A DNA stretch of 64,000 bases from Candidatus Bathyarchaeota archaeon (GTDB lineage Archaea > Thermoproteota > Bathyarchaeia > Bathyarchaeales > Bathycorpusculaceae): positions 128,001 through 192,000 of the forward strand of contig CAWAKC010000001.1 of NCBI GenBank assembly GCA_963782525.1. Reading direction: 5' to 3'. The notes under the pieces are model-generated. The model was not told the DNA's origin and searched no databases. It was given only the letters and a program-made list of their open reading frames with translations. How positions within the stretch are numbered: the stretch's first letter is position 1; each line of letters starts with the position of its first letter. This document shows positions 51,021 through 60,836 of the stretch, piece by piece. The position numbers were made by a program, and so were the translations under genes.

Positions 51021-52109
51021 ATGCAATGGCTGAGGTACATAAAAATGGTGAAAATCGATTTCGGCGGCGTCAAAGAGGACGTCATCACACGAGAAGAATT
51101 CACATTGGCAAAAGCCCAAAAAATCCTAAAAGACGAAGTTGTCGTCTCACTTGGCTACGGCATACAGGGTCAAGCTCAATCACTCAACATGCGTGACCAA
51201 GGAATAAAAGTAATTATAGGACAAGAAAAAGAGGGCGTATTCAAAAAAGAGTGGGACAAAGCAATCGCTGACGGCTGGGTTCCAGGCAAAAACCTGTTCC
51301 CGATGGAAGAAGCGGCAAAAATGGGCACCATCAAACTGTTCCTACTCACTGACGCAGCACAAAAAGCGACCTGGCCAAAAGTTAAAGCAACCCTCAAAAA
51401 AGGAGACGCACTTTACTTCAGCCACGGCTTTAGCATCGTCTACAAAGAACAAACAGGCGTTATCCCACCCAAAGACATAGACGTAATCCTTGTTGCACCA
51501 AAAGGTTCCGGCACCTCTGTGCGCCGAAACTTTGTTGACGGAAGCGGCATAAACTGCAGTTTCGCTGTCTTCCAAGATGCAACAGGCAAAGCCGAAGACC
51601 GCGCCAAAGCACTCGGCATCGCCATCGGCGGAGGATACCTTTTCCCAACCACCTTCGAAAAAGAAACCTACAGCGACCTAACAGGCGAACGAGGCACACT
51701 AATGGGTGCACTAGCAGGCATCCTCGAAGCCCAATACAAAACCCTACGTGAACACGGACACAGCCCAAGCGAAGCATTCAACGAATCTGTCGAAGAACTA
51801 ACCCAAAGCCTAATCCGCCTTGTCGACGAAAACGGCATGGACTGGATGTACTGCAACTGCAGTGAAACCGCACGCATAGGCGCATTACGATGGAGAAGCC
51901 GCTTCCGCGAAGCAACCCAACCAGTATTCGACTCACTTTATGAGCTTGTCGCGGCGGGTGAAGAAACACGCATCGTCCTCGAAAAAAGCAAGGCGCCCGA
52001 TTACCGCCAAAAACTTGCTGATGAACTCAAAGAGATGGGTAACAGCGAAATGTGGCGTGCAGGCGCAACCGTTCGGTCGTTGCGTCCTAAACAGAAGAAG
52101 ACAGAATAA
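51021..52109 (+). CDS. ilvC: Ketol-acid reductoisomerase (Bacteroides/fungal Ilv5-like type)
   Basis: GYGIQG, FSHGF, VAPKGSG, SDLTGERG, CSETA; start probably ATG 51045. Confidence 0.95.
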   Translation: MQWLRYIKMVKIDFGGVKEDVITREEFTLAKAQKILKDEVVVSLGYGIQGQAQSLNMRDQGIKVIIGQEKEGVFKKEWDKAIADGWVPGKNLFPMEEAAKMGTIKLFLLTDAAQKATWPKVKATLKKGDALYFSHGFSIVYKEQTGVIPPKDIDVILVAPKGSGTSVRRNFVDGSGINCSFAVFQDATGKAEDRAKALGIAIGGGYLFPTTFEKETYSDLTGERGTLMGALAGILEAQYKTLREHGHSPSEAFNESVEELTQSLIRLVDENGMDWMYCNCSETARIGALRWRSRFREATQPVFDSLYELVAAGEETRIVLEKSKAPDYRQKLADELKEMGNSEMWRAGATVRSLRPKQKKTE

Positions 52110-52222
52110 GCTTCTTTATTTTTTTATTTTTATTGTTTAAGTATCCTTAAGTTCTCGTTGGTTGGCGAGCTAATCTTTTATACCACAAACCACCGCTGAG
52201 CTAAAACAAACGAGGCACTCCG

Positions 52223-53569
52223 TTGAACTATATCACCGTTGCAGCAATAGCTGTCTTTGCAGCGACGCTTTTCTTGATGGTTAAGCGCCCGCGGGGTCTT
52301 CGGCTGGGATATGCCGCTGCCATCGGCGCGGTGGCTTCGCTTTTGTTGGGCACGGTGAGTTTGGGGCAAGCGGCACAGTCGTTTTTGGACATTTGGGATG
52401 CTGCCTTGGCGTTTCTGGGCATCATTGCATTATCGGTGACGTTGGATGCCATGGGCTTCTTTAGATGGACGGCGCTACGAGTTGTTAAATTGGCGCGTGG
52501 AAGTGGGCTACGGCTTTACTTCTACATTGCCCTGCTGACGGCAGCCGTGAGCATCCTTTTTGCCAACGACAGCGCAGTTTTGATTCTGACCCCGATTGTG
52601 CTTGAGGTTGTCACGTGTTTGGGCATAGACAAAAGGGGCAAACTCGCATACCTATTCACTGCAGGATTAATCGCCGACACCGCCGCCATGCCCCTGATAA
52701 CAAGCAACCCTATCAACATCCTAAGCGCAGACTATTTCAAGTACAGCTTCATCGACCACCTCATCTTCATGGGACCTGTGACAGTTGCAGTTCTTCTGAG
52801 CAGTTTGCTGTTGATTTGGCTGTTCTTCCGAAAACAGATACCCGGCACCTACGACGTACAAGCTGCAGAGTCCTTAACCAAGGGCAAACCCGCAATCTCG
52901 CGCAACCTTCTGAAAATAACTTTCGTAACTCTTGTGGCAATTGATATTGGCTACGTGTTGACTTCTTTGAATAGGTTCCCAGTTTCATTGGTGATTTGTA
53001 GCGGCTCTGTGTTTTTGGTGGCGGTTTATTGGTTTACGTTGAAGCAGAATGGCTCGGTGAACGGCGAGAAGAAGGGGCTGGTATGGTTGGCGAGGGATAT
53101 TAATTGGGATATTGTGCTGTTTATGCTCAGCATATTCATTGTTGTTCAAGGCTTGGAATCAGCTGGCGTCACGAACTTGTTAGCTTCTGCACTTGTGACA
53201 ACTAGTAAGCTTCCGTCGGTGCTAGGAGTATTTGGTCCAAGCATGGTTGTGACGATTGGAGCGAGCTTCATGAATAATTGGCCCATGACAATTTTGGGTT
53301 TACTCAGTATTCACCAAGCAGCAGTGACTGGACCAGCCCTGACAAACCTGGTTTTTAGCAACATCATCGGCAACAATTTAGGTCCCCACTTTTTCCCGTT
53401 GGGGTCGCTGGCGATTTTGATGTGGCTGGAAATAATGCGACGCAAAGGCGTATCCATCAGTCTAAAAGAATACCTCAAAGTAGGCGCAACCTTATCCATT
53501 GCGCAGGTTGCTATTGCAGCGGCAGTCTTATGGGTAGAGTTAAATTGGTTTGGGTTCAAACTTTTTTAG
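52223..53569 (+). CDS. ArsB/NhaD-family membrane transporter
   Basis: FANDSAVLILTP, ADTAAMPLITSNPIN, MNNWP, GNNLGP..PLGSLA. Confidence 0.88.
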   Translation: MNYITVAAIAVFAATLFLMVKRPRGLRLGYAAAIGAVASLLLGTVSLGQAAQSFLDIWDAALAFLGIIALSVTLDAMGFFRWTALRVVKLARGSGLRLYFYIALLTAAVSILFANDSAVLILTPIVLEVVTCLGIDKRGKLAYLFTAGLIADTAAMPLITSNPINILSADYFKYSFIDHLIFMGPVTVAVLLSSLLLIWLFFRKQIPGTYDVQAAESLTKGKPAISRNLLKITFVTLVAIDIGYVLTSLNRFPVSLVICSGSVFLVAVYWFTLKQNGSVNGEKKGLVWLARDINWDIVLFMLSIFIVVQGLESAGVTNLLASALVTTSKLPSVLGVFGPSMVVTIGASFMNNWPMTILGLLSIHQAAVTGPALTNLVFSNIIGNNLGPHFFPLGSLAILMWLEIMRRKGVSISLKEYLKVGATLSIAQVAIAAAVLWVELNWFGFKLF

Positions 53570-53602
53570 TACAAAACGAGTAATCACTAAGCGGTTGATT
53601 GA

Positions 53603-54835
53603 ATGTTAATCAGTAGAGGAAATTTAACTCAGGATTCGTTGAAGGGAGAAGTCGCCGTAGTAACGGGGGCTGGAAGGGGAATCGGCTTTGAAGCTGCCAG
53701 AGCGTTGGTTTGGCTTGGCGCAAATGTGGTTATTGCTGAAATCGATGAGAAAAACGGCAAAGCTGCCGAAGACAGCATTAACAAAGAATTCGGCGCCGGC
53801 AAAGCTCTATTCGTCAAAACGGATATCGGTAACGAAAAAGACATCGACAAACTCGCCGAGGCAATCCTGAAAAAATTCGGCAAAGTCGACATCATCCTGA
53901 ACAACGCAACAGTTTTCCCAATGGGCGCAGTCAAAGACACCCCCGTCGAGTCATGGGATTTTAGTTACCACGTGAACCTGCGGGGTCCAGTGGTTTTAGC
54001 TCGCAAGTTTCTGCCAGCCATGCTCGACCACAAACACGGCGTTTTCGTCTGCGTTTCCTCGTCAGGTGCAGCGCCTTACATGGGAGCCTATGAGGTTTTC
54101 AAGACTGCACAAGTTGAACTATCAAATACTATATTCGCCGAAGTCGAAGGCACAGGAGTCTACTCATTCACCATCGGACCAGGAATCTCTAAAACCCCCG
54201 GGTTTGTTGAAGGCGGAGGAAAAGTAGCCTCGCTAATGGGTATGAGTTTAGAGCAGCTCTTTGAACTAAACAAACACGCCCAGATTTCTCCCGAAGCCGC
54301 AGGTGCAGGCTTTGCCATAGCGGTTGCCCTTGCCAAAAGGTACCATGGACAAGAAACCAGCTCCATCCAAGTGCTACGGGAAGCGGGAATACCCTTCACT
54401 GAACAAGAAGAACACAAAGTGGAAGAACAGAAACCAATCCAACGGCAAAAAGCACAATCGACCAAACCGAGCGAAAACAGAAGCAAAAATGAACTCTACC
54501 AAGAGGTCCTCAAAACTTATCTTGAGCAGTCGGAAGGCTGGAAGAAACGCAACCTCTTTGAGCGCCAATGGGTAAGCAGGGACTTCAAGAAAACCACCGG
54601 CACATCCATCGACGAAATGCAAACCACACTAAAAGAATTGGGAAACAACTTGAAATCTGGGGCTTCAACAGCAGAATTCATCGAGCCACTCAACCAGCTG
54701 GTAGGCTACTACATGCATCAGCAGGAACAACTCAAGGACTTCGAGAAAAACCCGCAAAAGCTTGAAACTAACCTCAAAATAATCGAGGGATGGGTAAAGG
54801 ACGCTAATGCTTTGGTGGCAGCGCTAAGAAGTTAG
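53603..54835 (+). CDS. Short-chain dehydrogenase/reductase with ~140-aa helical C-terminal extension
   Basis: TGAGRGIG, NNA, YEVFK. Confidence 0.85.
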   Translation: MLISRGNLTQDSLKGEVAVVTGAGRGIGFEAARALVWLGANVVIAEIDEKNGKAAEDSINKEFGAGKALFVKTDIGNEKDIDKLAEAILKKFGKVDIILNNATVFPMGAVKDTPVESWDFSYHVNLRGPVVLARKFLPAMLDHKHGVFVCVSSSGAAPYMGAYEVFKTAQVELSNTIFAEVEGTGVYSFTIGPGISKTPGFVEGGGKVASLMGMSLEQLFELNKHAQISPEAAGAGFAIAVALAKRYHGQETSSIQVLREAGIPFTEQEEHKVEEQKPIQRQKAQSTKPSENRSKNELYQEVLKTYLEQSEGWKKRNLFERQWVSRDFKKTTGTSIDEMQTTLKELGNNLKSGASTAEFIEPLNQLVGYYMHQQEQLKDFEKNPQKLETNLKIIEGWVKDANALVAALRS

Positions 54836-55872
54836 CCTACACCAATTTTTTTTAGAATTTCCCTGTAAGTAGCCAAAGCGGTTTTTTCATCCACAACTCC
54901 TTTTATCAGCATTCGTCCGCCGTTGAATAGGCTTACCTCGCAGTCTTTGTAATCAAACATTAATGCCAACCGTGATTTCAGGCACACTTTGAATTGGTTG
55001 CTGATTTGGGGGTAGATTTCGTCGAGGTTGAGTTTTAGGGGTTTTTCTGGGTTGATGTTGGCGGTCTCTTTGCCGCAGAGCCAAACCAGCCGCTCACCGC
55101 CCGCAATGGAGGTTACGTCGCCGTGGCAGACTGGGCAACGAGTGCTTTTGGAGATGTCAATGATTGTGAAGTCCATGTCGGCAAAGTCGCAAACCAGCAA
55201 CTTGCCCTTCAATGTTGAGCCGATGCCTGCGAGGAGTTTTATAGTTTCCATTGCTTCCAAGGCTCCAATTATGCCCGTTGTGGCACCCATAACGCCCCTT
55301 GTGTTGCAGGTTAGAAGGTCTGAATCAGAGAGGTTAGGCATCAAGCATTCTAAGCACCCTGTTCCTGGCGGAGCAAAGACGGATAGGTTCCCTTCGATGC
55401 CAATCCCTGCACCGAAAACATATGGAATGCCAAGTTTTACACAGGCACGGTTGACAAGATACCGTGTGACCATATTGTCTAACCCATCCACCACGCAATC
55501 CACACCTGTTAAGAGACGTTCAACGTTGCTTGCATTCACGTTTTCAGGAACAGCCTCAACCGTTACCAGCGGGTTTTGTTTTTCCAGCCTTTTCGCGGCA
55601 ACCTCGGTTTTGGGGTAGTGAAGATCGTCTGGGTTGTATAGGATTTGGCGGTGGAGGTTGTGGGTTTCTATTGTGTCTTGGTCGATTAAGCGGATGTAGC
55701 CAACGCCAGACAATGTGAGATAGAGTGAGGATACCGTGCCTAGCCCGCCTGCGCCGACAACTGCGACTTTGGATTTAGCGAGTTTCTGCTGCCCCTTCTC
55801 GCCTAGTTCTTTGAGGATGGTTTGGCGACTGTAGAACTCCTTCGCGAACGCCTCTTTCTCTTGTTCATCCAA
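54832..55872 (-). CDS. MoeB/ThiF E1-like adenylyltransferase
   Basis: YSRQ, GAGGLG, NLHRQ, DGLDN, CLEC, CPVC, LCG. Confidence 0.92.
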   Translation of the reverse strand: MDEQEKEAFAKEFYSRQTILKELGEKGQQKLAKSKVAVVGAGGLGTVSSLYLTLSGVGYIRLIDQDTIETHNLHRQILYNPDDLHYPKTEVAAKRLEKQNPLVTVEAVPENVNASNVERLLTGVDCVVDGLDNMVTRYLVNRACVKLGIPYVFGAGIGIEGNLSVFAPPGTGCLECLMPNLSDSDLLTCNTRGVMGATTGIIGALEAMETIKLLAGIGSTLKGKLLVCDFADMDFTIIDISKSTRCPVCHGDVTSIAGGERLVWLCGKETANINPEKPLKLNLDEIYPQISNQFKVCLKSRLALMFDYKDCEVSLFNGGRMLIKGVVDEKTALATYREILKKIGVG

Positions 55873-55877
55873 CTCAA

Positions 55878-57599
55878 CTACTTCCCGTTAGTCACTGTGC
55901 TGTATTTGCCTTTATTGCGGAACTGCCTATCATATATTTCCCTAACTTGACCGATTGTGCTGGCTTCTTCTGGTGTTTTGTCGTCTCGGATGCGAGTGAT
56001 TCTTGCGAACCTCAGTGCCATTTGGCTTTCGTAGCGGGGGCTTTCCTGGATTTCATTGTAGGCAACTTCCACAACGATTTTTGGGATAACGTTGACGCTG
56101 TGCCCGTCCTCGCTTAAGACGGATTCCTTTAACCTCTTGGTTAATTCAATGATTTCTGCGTCAGTTAACCCCTTGAAGGTCTTTCCAATGTTCAAAAACT
56201 CCCCTGTGTGGGGGTTTCTTGCTGCGAGGTAGTAGTCCGAGAGCCAGCCTTTCCTGCGTCCGTAACCGTACTCGGCGGCTGTGATAACTAAATCTAAGGA
56301 GTCAAGGGTAGCTTTGATTTTAAGCCAACGTTTGCCCCTACGCCCAGGCGTATAGGGACTATCGAGTTTCTTCGCCATCAACCCTTCATGTCCCGCAGCG
56401 AGCGCTTCTTTGAAGAACGCTTCGGCTTGCAAGGCGTGGTCTGTGACTATTTGATTAGATAGGACAATTTTTCCTGCGGTTTGGGCGAGGATTTGGCGGC
56501 GCTCGTTATATGGCTTGGTGATTTGGCTTTCGCCGTTAAGGTAGAGTATGTCGAAGAGGTAGAGGGTTATGGGCATCTTCTCCGCTAGGCCAGCGACTCC
56601 TCGAATTCGCCTGAACCGCCGCATCAAATGCTGAAACGCAATCGGAAAGCCAGTGGTGTCGAGCGCGATTACTTCGCCCTCAACGATTGCTGATTGCGCT
56701 TGAATGTTATGTTTTACGGCGGCCACAACTTCGGGCAAGCTTGCTGTAACTTCGCTGAGTCTTCTGCTGAAAATTTCCACTCTGTCGGTCTGTTTGTGGA
56801 TTTGTACTCTAGCGCCATCATACTTGTATTCTAACGCAGTTTTGCCTCCGTGTGTTTCTAGCGCTTCCCGGACGCATTGTGCTGTTTGCGCTAACATAAG
56901 TTTGACTGGCCTAAAAACTCTAAAACCAGATTTCTCTAAACCCTCTACACTCTGCGTTTTCAAAACAGCTGCAACCTCGCCTATGTCTCCTAAAGTCATG
57001 GAGGCATGCTGCACTCGTCCAAGCGGAACATCAAAAGCCATTGCAACCGCCTGCTCCATTAAACCCTCATGTAGCCCGGTGCGCATCTCGCTGGTGAAGA
57101 TTTTTACCAGGTACTTTGCTTCAACGGGTTCCGCTTGACCCATTAGAGTTGTGAGTAAGCGTTCTTTTTTGGTTCTTGAACCTGAACCTTGCGCTTGCGA
57201 GATAGCGTCCAGCGTTGTTTGGACTTCTGTTATTGTTAGGAGTTTTGGGGTTAGTTGGGTTTGCTTTTTTGCTTTGGTCTGTTCGAGGACTGTTTTTATG
57301 GCTGAGCCGATATCGCCAGTTGCAGCCATGGCTTGACGAAAGATCTCCCAATCAAAGGCGCTTATACGCTCGAAGATGCGGATGAGAGTAGACCAGCTTA
57401 CTTTGAGGGTTTTTTGGCTGTACTTGGGAAACGCTCGCCCAACCATCATGTTTGTGGCTGGCTCAATCTCTTCAGGACCAAGTGTTTTTAGATAGTTTGC
57501 GGTTTGCTCTATGATTTCAAGCCGTTTCTTTGTGGCTTCGACTTTTTCGAGAAGTTCAGAGAGGGATTTGAATGTGGCAAGCATAGTTACCAAAAACAC
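55878..57599 (-). CDS. ATP-dependent DNA ligase (LigB-like subtype)
   Basis: EYKYDGARVQIH, EGEV, FDIL, EGLMAK, GKTFKGLTD, ALRFARI..R.DK. Confidence 0.92.
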   Translation of the reverse strand: MFLVTMLATFKSLSELLEKVEATKKRLEIIEQTANYLKTLGPEEIEPATNMMVGRAFPKYSQKTLKVSWSTLIRIFERISAFDWEIFRQAMAATGDIGSAIKTVLEQTKAKKQTQLTPKLLTITEVQTTLDAISQAQGSGSRTKKERLLTTLMGQAEPVEAKYLVKIFTSEMRTGLHEGLMEQAVAMAFDVPLGRVQHASMTLGDIGEVAAVLKTQSVEGLEKSGFRVFRPVKLMLAQTAQCVREALETHGGKTALEYKYDGARVQIHKQTDRVEIFSRRLSEVTASLPEVVAAVKHNIQAQSAIVEGEVIALDTTGFPIAFQHLMRRFRRIRGVAGLAEKMPITLYLFDILYLNGESQITKPYNERRQILAQTAGKIVLSNQIVTDHALQAEAFFKEALAAGHEGLMAKKLDSPYTPGRRGKRWLKIKATLDSLDLVITAAEYGYGRRKGWLSDYYLAARNPHTGEFLNIGKTFKGLTDAEIIELTKRLKESVLSEDGHSVNVIPKIVVEVAYNEIQESPRYESQMALRFARITRIRDDKTPEEASTIGQVREIYDRQFRNKGKYSTVTNGK

Positions 57600-57723
57600 G
57601 ATTAAACTTATGGTTTTTGAGACTATAATTGCTTGCGCCGCAGTTCACTTTCACTGACCCCTCCCCCGTTGGGTTATGTTGTCACATCGACGCTTTAAAT
57701 AGGCTAATAAGAGGTAACTGAGT

Positions 57724-58503
57724 TTGAGTGAGACAGTGATGCAGCAAAAACTAATACTAAAAGCTCAAATAACACAAATAATCACTAAACCGTTTGCCTT
57801 TAATGTACGTGACATAGACGTGCTTTTTCCAGGATTCAAAGCAGGAGACTTCGCCGTCATCTATGGTTCTCAGTCGGTTACATCTTTAGTAGCTAAACTC
57901 TGTGTCAGAGCGCAATTACCGGCATATCTGGGCGGCTTAGAAAGTAACGTCGTCTTCATCGACTGCGCAAATAGTTCTTCATTATCAGAGATTGTACAGG
58001 CCGCAGAAAAACAAAAATTAGACCCCAATACTCCACTTGAACAAGTTATTAACATGCGAGCATACACAGCATATCGATTAACATCGCTTATAATGGAAAA
58101 ACTAGAGGAAGCCTTAGAAAAATCGGATGCAAAACTTGTAGTGATCTCTGACATTGTATGTTCATTCTTGAATGGCAATGTAGATGACCAAGAAGCAACT
58201 GCAGTTTACCGCCAAATTATGGGTTATCTTGCAAACTTTGCAAGAAGACACCGAATCATCATAATCGCAACATACCTTTCGCATGAGAGCAACCGAAGAA
58301 ACAGTGTCCTACAGGAAATAACTAACCAGAAAGCAAATACGGTACTTCGATTCACAAAAACTCCATACACAAGCGAAGTAGAGTTGGAGAAGCATCCATC
58401 TTACATGTTAGGTGTGGTGGATTTTGAATCTGAAAACCAAACCTTAACTGACTTTGCCCCAACAAGCATCAATAATGCAACCCTGACTTACCGAATTATG
58501 TAA
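57724..58503 (+). CDS. Inactive RadA/Rad51-like paralog
   Basis: LCVRAQLP...GGL...VVFID, RAYTAY, LVVISD; Walker A degenerate (GSQSVTS). Confidence 0.75.
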   Translation: MSETVMQQKLILKAQITQIITKPFAFNVRDIDVLFPGFKAGDFAVIYGSQSVTSLVAKLCVRAQLPAYLGGLESNVVFIDCANSSSLSEIVQAAEKQKLDPNTPLEQVINMRAYTAYRLTSLIMEKLEEALEKSDAKLVVISDIVCSFLNGNVDDQEATAVYRQIMGYLANFARRHRIIIIATYLSHESNRRNSVLQEITNQKANTVLRFTKTPYTSEVELEKHPSYMLGVVDFESENQTLTDFAPTSINNATLTYRIM

Positions 58504-58528
58504 CACAAAAAAAATAATTAAAGTAGAT

Positions 58529-58933
58529 TTAGGAAAACACTGAGAACGAAGATTCGCCCTCAGGTTCTTTCTGTTTATCGTTGATTTCCTTAATCTTCTT
58601 GTCCAGTTCCTCTACTTCCTTGCTGTTGCCCAACGCTTTTTGGCTGTCCCGTGCTTGCTCAAGAGCGCTTACGCCATAACGTTCAAAGCCCTTGGCAAAG
58701 GAGATGTCAGATGACTTTTTGAAGAACTCCGCAGCTTTTATGTAGTCTTTCATTGAGAAACTGCATTCACCTGCTTTATAGTTCATTTCTGCCGCACCAA
58801 AATAGTTCTGTCCCTTATAGTAGAGTTCGGCAACTTTCGTGAAGAGGTCTTTTGCCTCTGCATATTTGCCATTTTCCATTAGTGTGATTGCATCTTTATG
58901 CATTTTAATTGGGTCTTCTCTAACTGTGCTCAT
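58529..58933 (-). CDS. TPR/SNAP-like helical repeat protein
   Basis: GKYAEA..LF..AELY, AAEM..KAGEC...DY.KAAEFF repeats. Confidence 0.7.
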   Translation of the reverse strand: MSTVREDPIKMHKDAITLMENGKYAEAKDLFTKVAELYYKGQNYFGAAEMNYKAGECSFSMKDYIKAAEFFKKSSDISFAKGFERYGVSALEQARDSQKALGNSKEVEELDKKIKEINDKQKEPEGESSFSVFS

Positions 58934-59137
58934 TTTAATGCAACTCTCTTAGTTCTGTATTATTCTTTAAAGAAGTCACATTTAGATTTTCCCCTTCAAT
59001 CGAATTGGGATACACAACTATTCAGCCATTTTTCTGCATTTACATTTTCGCGGTACAGACAAAATTCTTTATGGCATAAATTTATCAAGGATGTTTAATA
59101 AGCGCTTTAAAATAATTGTCTCTGAAAACTTAACGCT

Positions 59138-59719
59138 GTGAAGGTAATGGATAAAGAAAAACAAAAAACAGCAATGAAGAATCAAAGTTATAACCAATCC
59201 GCAGTTTTCAAGATTACTGTGGCAGCAGTCTTCGCTGCACTCGTTTTTGTGGTCACCTCACAGATTCCACCCATACCTATACCTGCAACTTCGGGTTACT
59301 TCAACATTGGAGAAACCACCATCTACATAGCTGCCCTCGTTTTTGGTCCATTGGTCGGGGGATTGTCAGGGGGGATAGGGTCATCACTGTCTGATGCCTT
59401 CTTAGGCTATGGGTTGTTTGCTCCAGGCACCTTGGTAATTAAAGGTGGGGAAGGCTTAATCGTTGGTTTCCTAAACATTCATCTCAAAAGGCGAATTCCA
59501 AACCTCACGTTATGTGCCACAATCTCAGTCGTTATCGGAGGCTTAGAAATGGTGGCAGGATATTTCCTCTATGAACAATTCGTAATAGGCTATCCCTTTG
59601 CGGTTGCTCTAGCTGAGGTTCCTTTCAACATCGTTCAGATGCTGATCGGTTTAATAGTTGCCATACCCGTTATGCACGCAGTTTTCCGTGTTATCCCACA
59701 ACTTAATAGCCAGTTTTAA
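59138..59719 (+). CDS. ECF transporter S component
   Basis: AVFAALVFV, GYFNIGE, GGIGSSLSD, TLVIKG.EG, NIVQ. Confidence 0.88.
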   Translation: MKVMDKEKQKTAMKNQSYNQSAVFKITVAAVFAALVFVVTSQIPPIPIPATSGYFNIGETTIYIAALVFGPLVGGLSGGIGSSLSDAFLGYGLFAPGTLVIKGGEGLIVGFLNIHLKRRIPNLTLCATISVVIGGLEMVAGYFLYEQFVIGYPFAVALAEVPFNIVQMLIGLIVAIPVMHAVFRVIPQLNSQF

Positions 59720-59732
59720 CAGAGGATAAATT

Positions 59733-60740
59733 ATGAAGCTTCCACCTGGTAAAATCCCAATAGACATCTTAAAAGACGTGGTTTTCAAAAACTTGGGTGC
59801 CGTCCGCAGTGAAGTTATTTTGGGTCCAGCTGCTGGAGTAGATGGCGCAGTGTTGGATGTGGGGAGCAAGAACGCAATAGTCTCCATGGATCCCATTACG
59901 GGTGCGGTGGAACGCATCGGTTGGGAAGCCATAAACATCAACGCCAACGATGTTGCAACCTTCGGTGTAGAACCAGCATTCTTCTTTTCATGTATAATGC
60001 TTCCCGAGGGCGCAGACAGCAAAATCGTTGAAAACATAAGTACCCAAATGCATATCGCAGCAAAGGAATTGGGAATAGCCATAGTTGGGGGGCACTGCGA
60101 ATCAACTCCTGGCTTAGCAAATCCGATTGTCGTGGGCTGCATCATGGGTTTAACGGAAAAAGGCAACTACGTTACTGCAGCGGGAGCAAAAGTAGGCGAT
60201 AAACTCATTTTAACTAAGAGTGCGGGAATTGAGGGCACAGCAATATTGGCTTTCGACCGCGAATCGCATCTCTCAAAGACATTCAATTCAACAATGCTGG
60301 ACAGCGCAAAAGGCTTTTACAAACAAATCAGCGTCGTCAAAGACGCCTTAACCGCTTACAAGGCAGGCGGAGTCCACGCTATGCATGACCCAACTGAGGG
60401 CGGAGTGTTTAACGGTATCCATGAAATGGCTGATGCTGCTGGCTTAGGTGTACGTATTTTTAAGGAAAAAATTGTGGTTGAACCTGAAACCGCAAAGATT
60501 TGCAGGTTCTACGAGATTGATCCATTGCAGTTGATTAGTTCAGGTGCACTGCTAATAGCTGCTGAGCCACAGGCTGCAGACAAAATAATCGATGCGCTCA
60601 GCCAAGAACACATTTACGCTGACGTTATCGGCGAATTCAACCCCAACCCAAACAAACGCTTACTTCTGCACAAGGACGATTCGACGGAGATGCTTCCAAG
60701 ACCCACTTCAGATCACCTATGGATTGCTTTAGCGCGTTAA
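59733..60740 (+). CDS. AIR synthase-related (PurM/HypE-like) protein
   Basis: GKIP, DPITG, NANDVAT, GGHCE, MHDPTEGG, ISSG. Confidence 0.88.
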   Translation: MKLPPGKIPIDILKDVVFKNLGAVRSEVILGPAAGVDGAVLDVGSKNAIVSMDPITGAVERIGWEAININANDVATFGVEPAFFFSCIMLPEGADSKIVENISTQMHIAAKELGIAIVGGHCESTPGLANPIVVGCIMGLTEKGNYVTAAGAKVGDKLILTKSAGIEGTAILAFDRESHLSKTFNSTMLDSAKGFYKQISVVKDALTAYKAGGVHAMHDPTEGGVFNGIHEMADAAGLGVRIFKEKIVVEPETAKICRFYEIDPLQLISSGALLIAAEPQAADKIIDALSQEHIYADVIGEFNPNPNKRLLLHKDDSTEMLPRPTSDHLWIALAR

Positions 60741-60836
60741 CTTCATGAATCAACAAGAAAAACATTAGATTTATAATGGTTTTTATAGTTGCAACCTGAG
60801 TTAGGTAATAACAATTAATCGGCTAGTGACGGTTGT

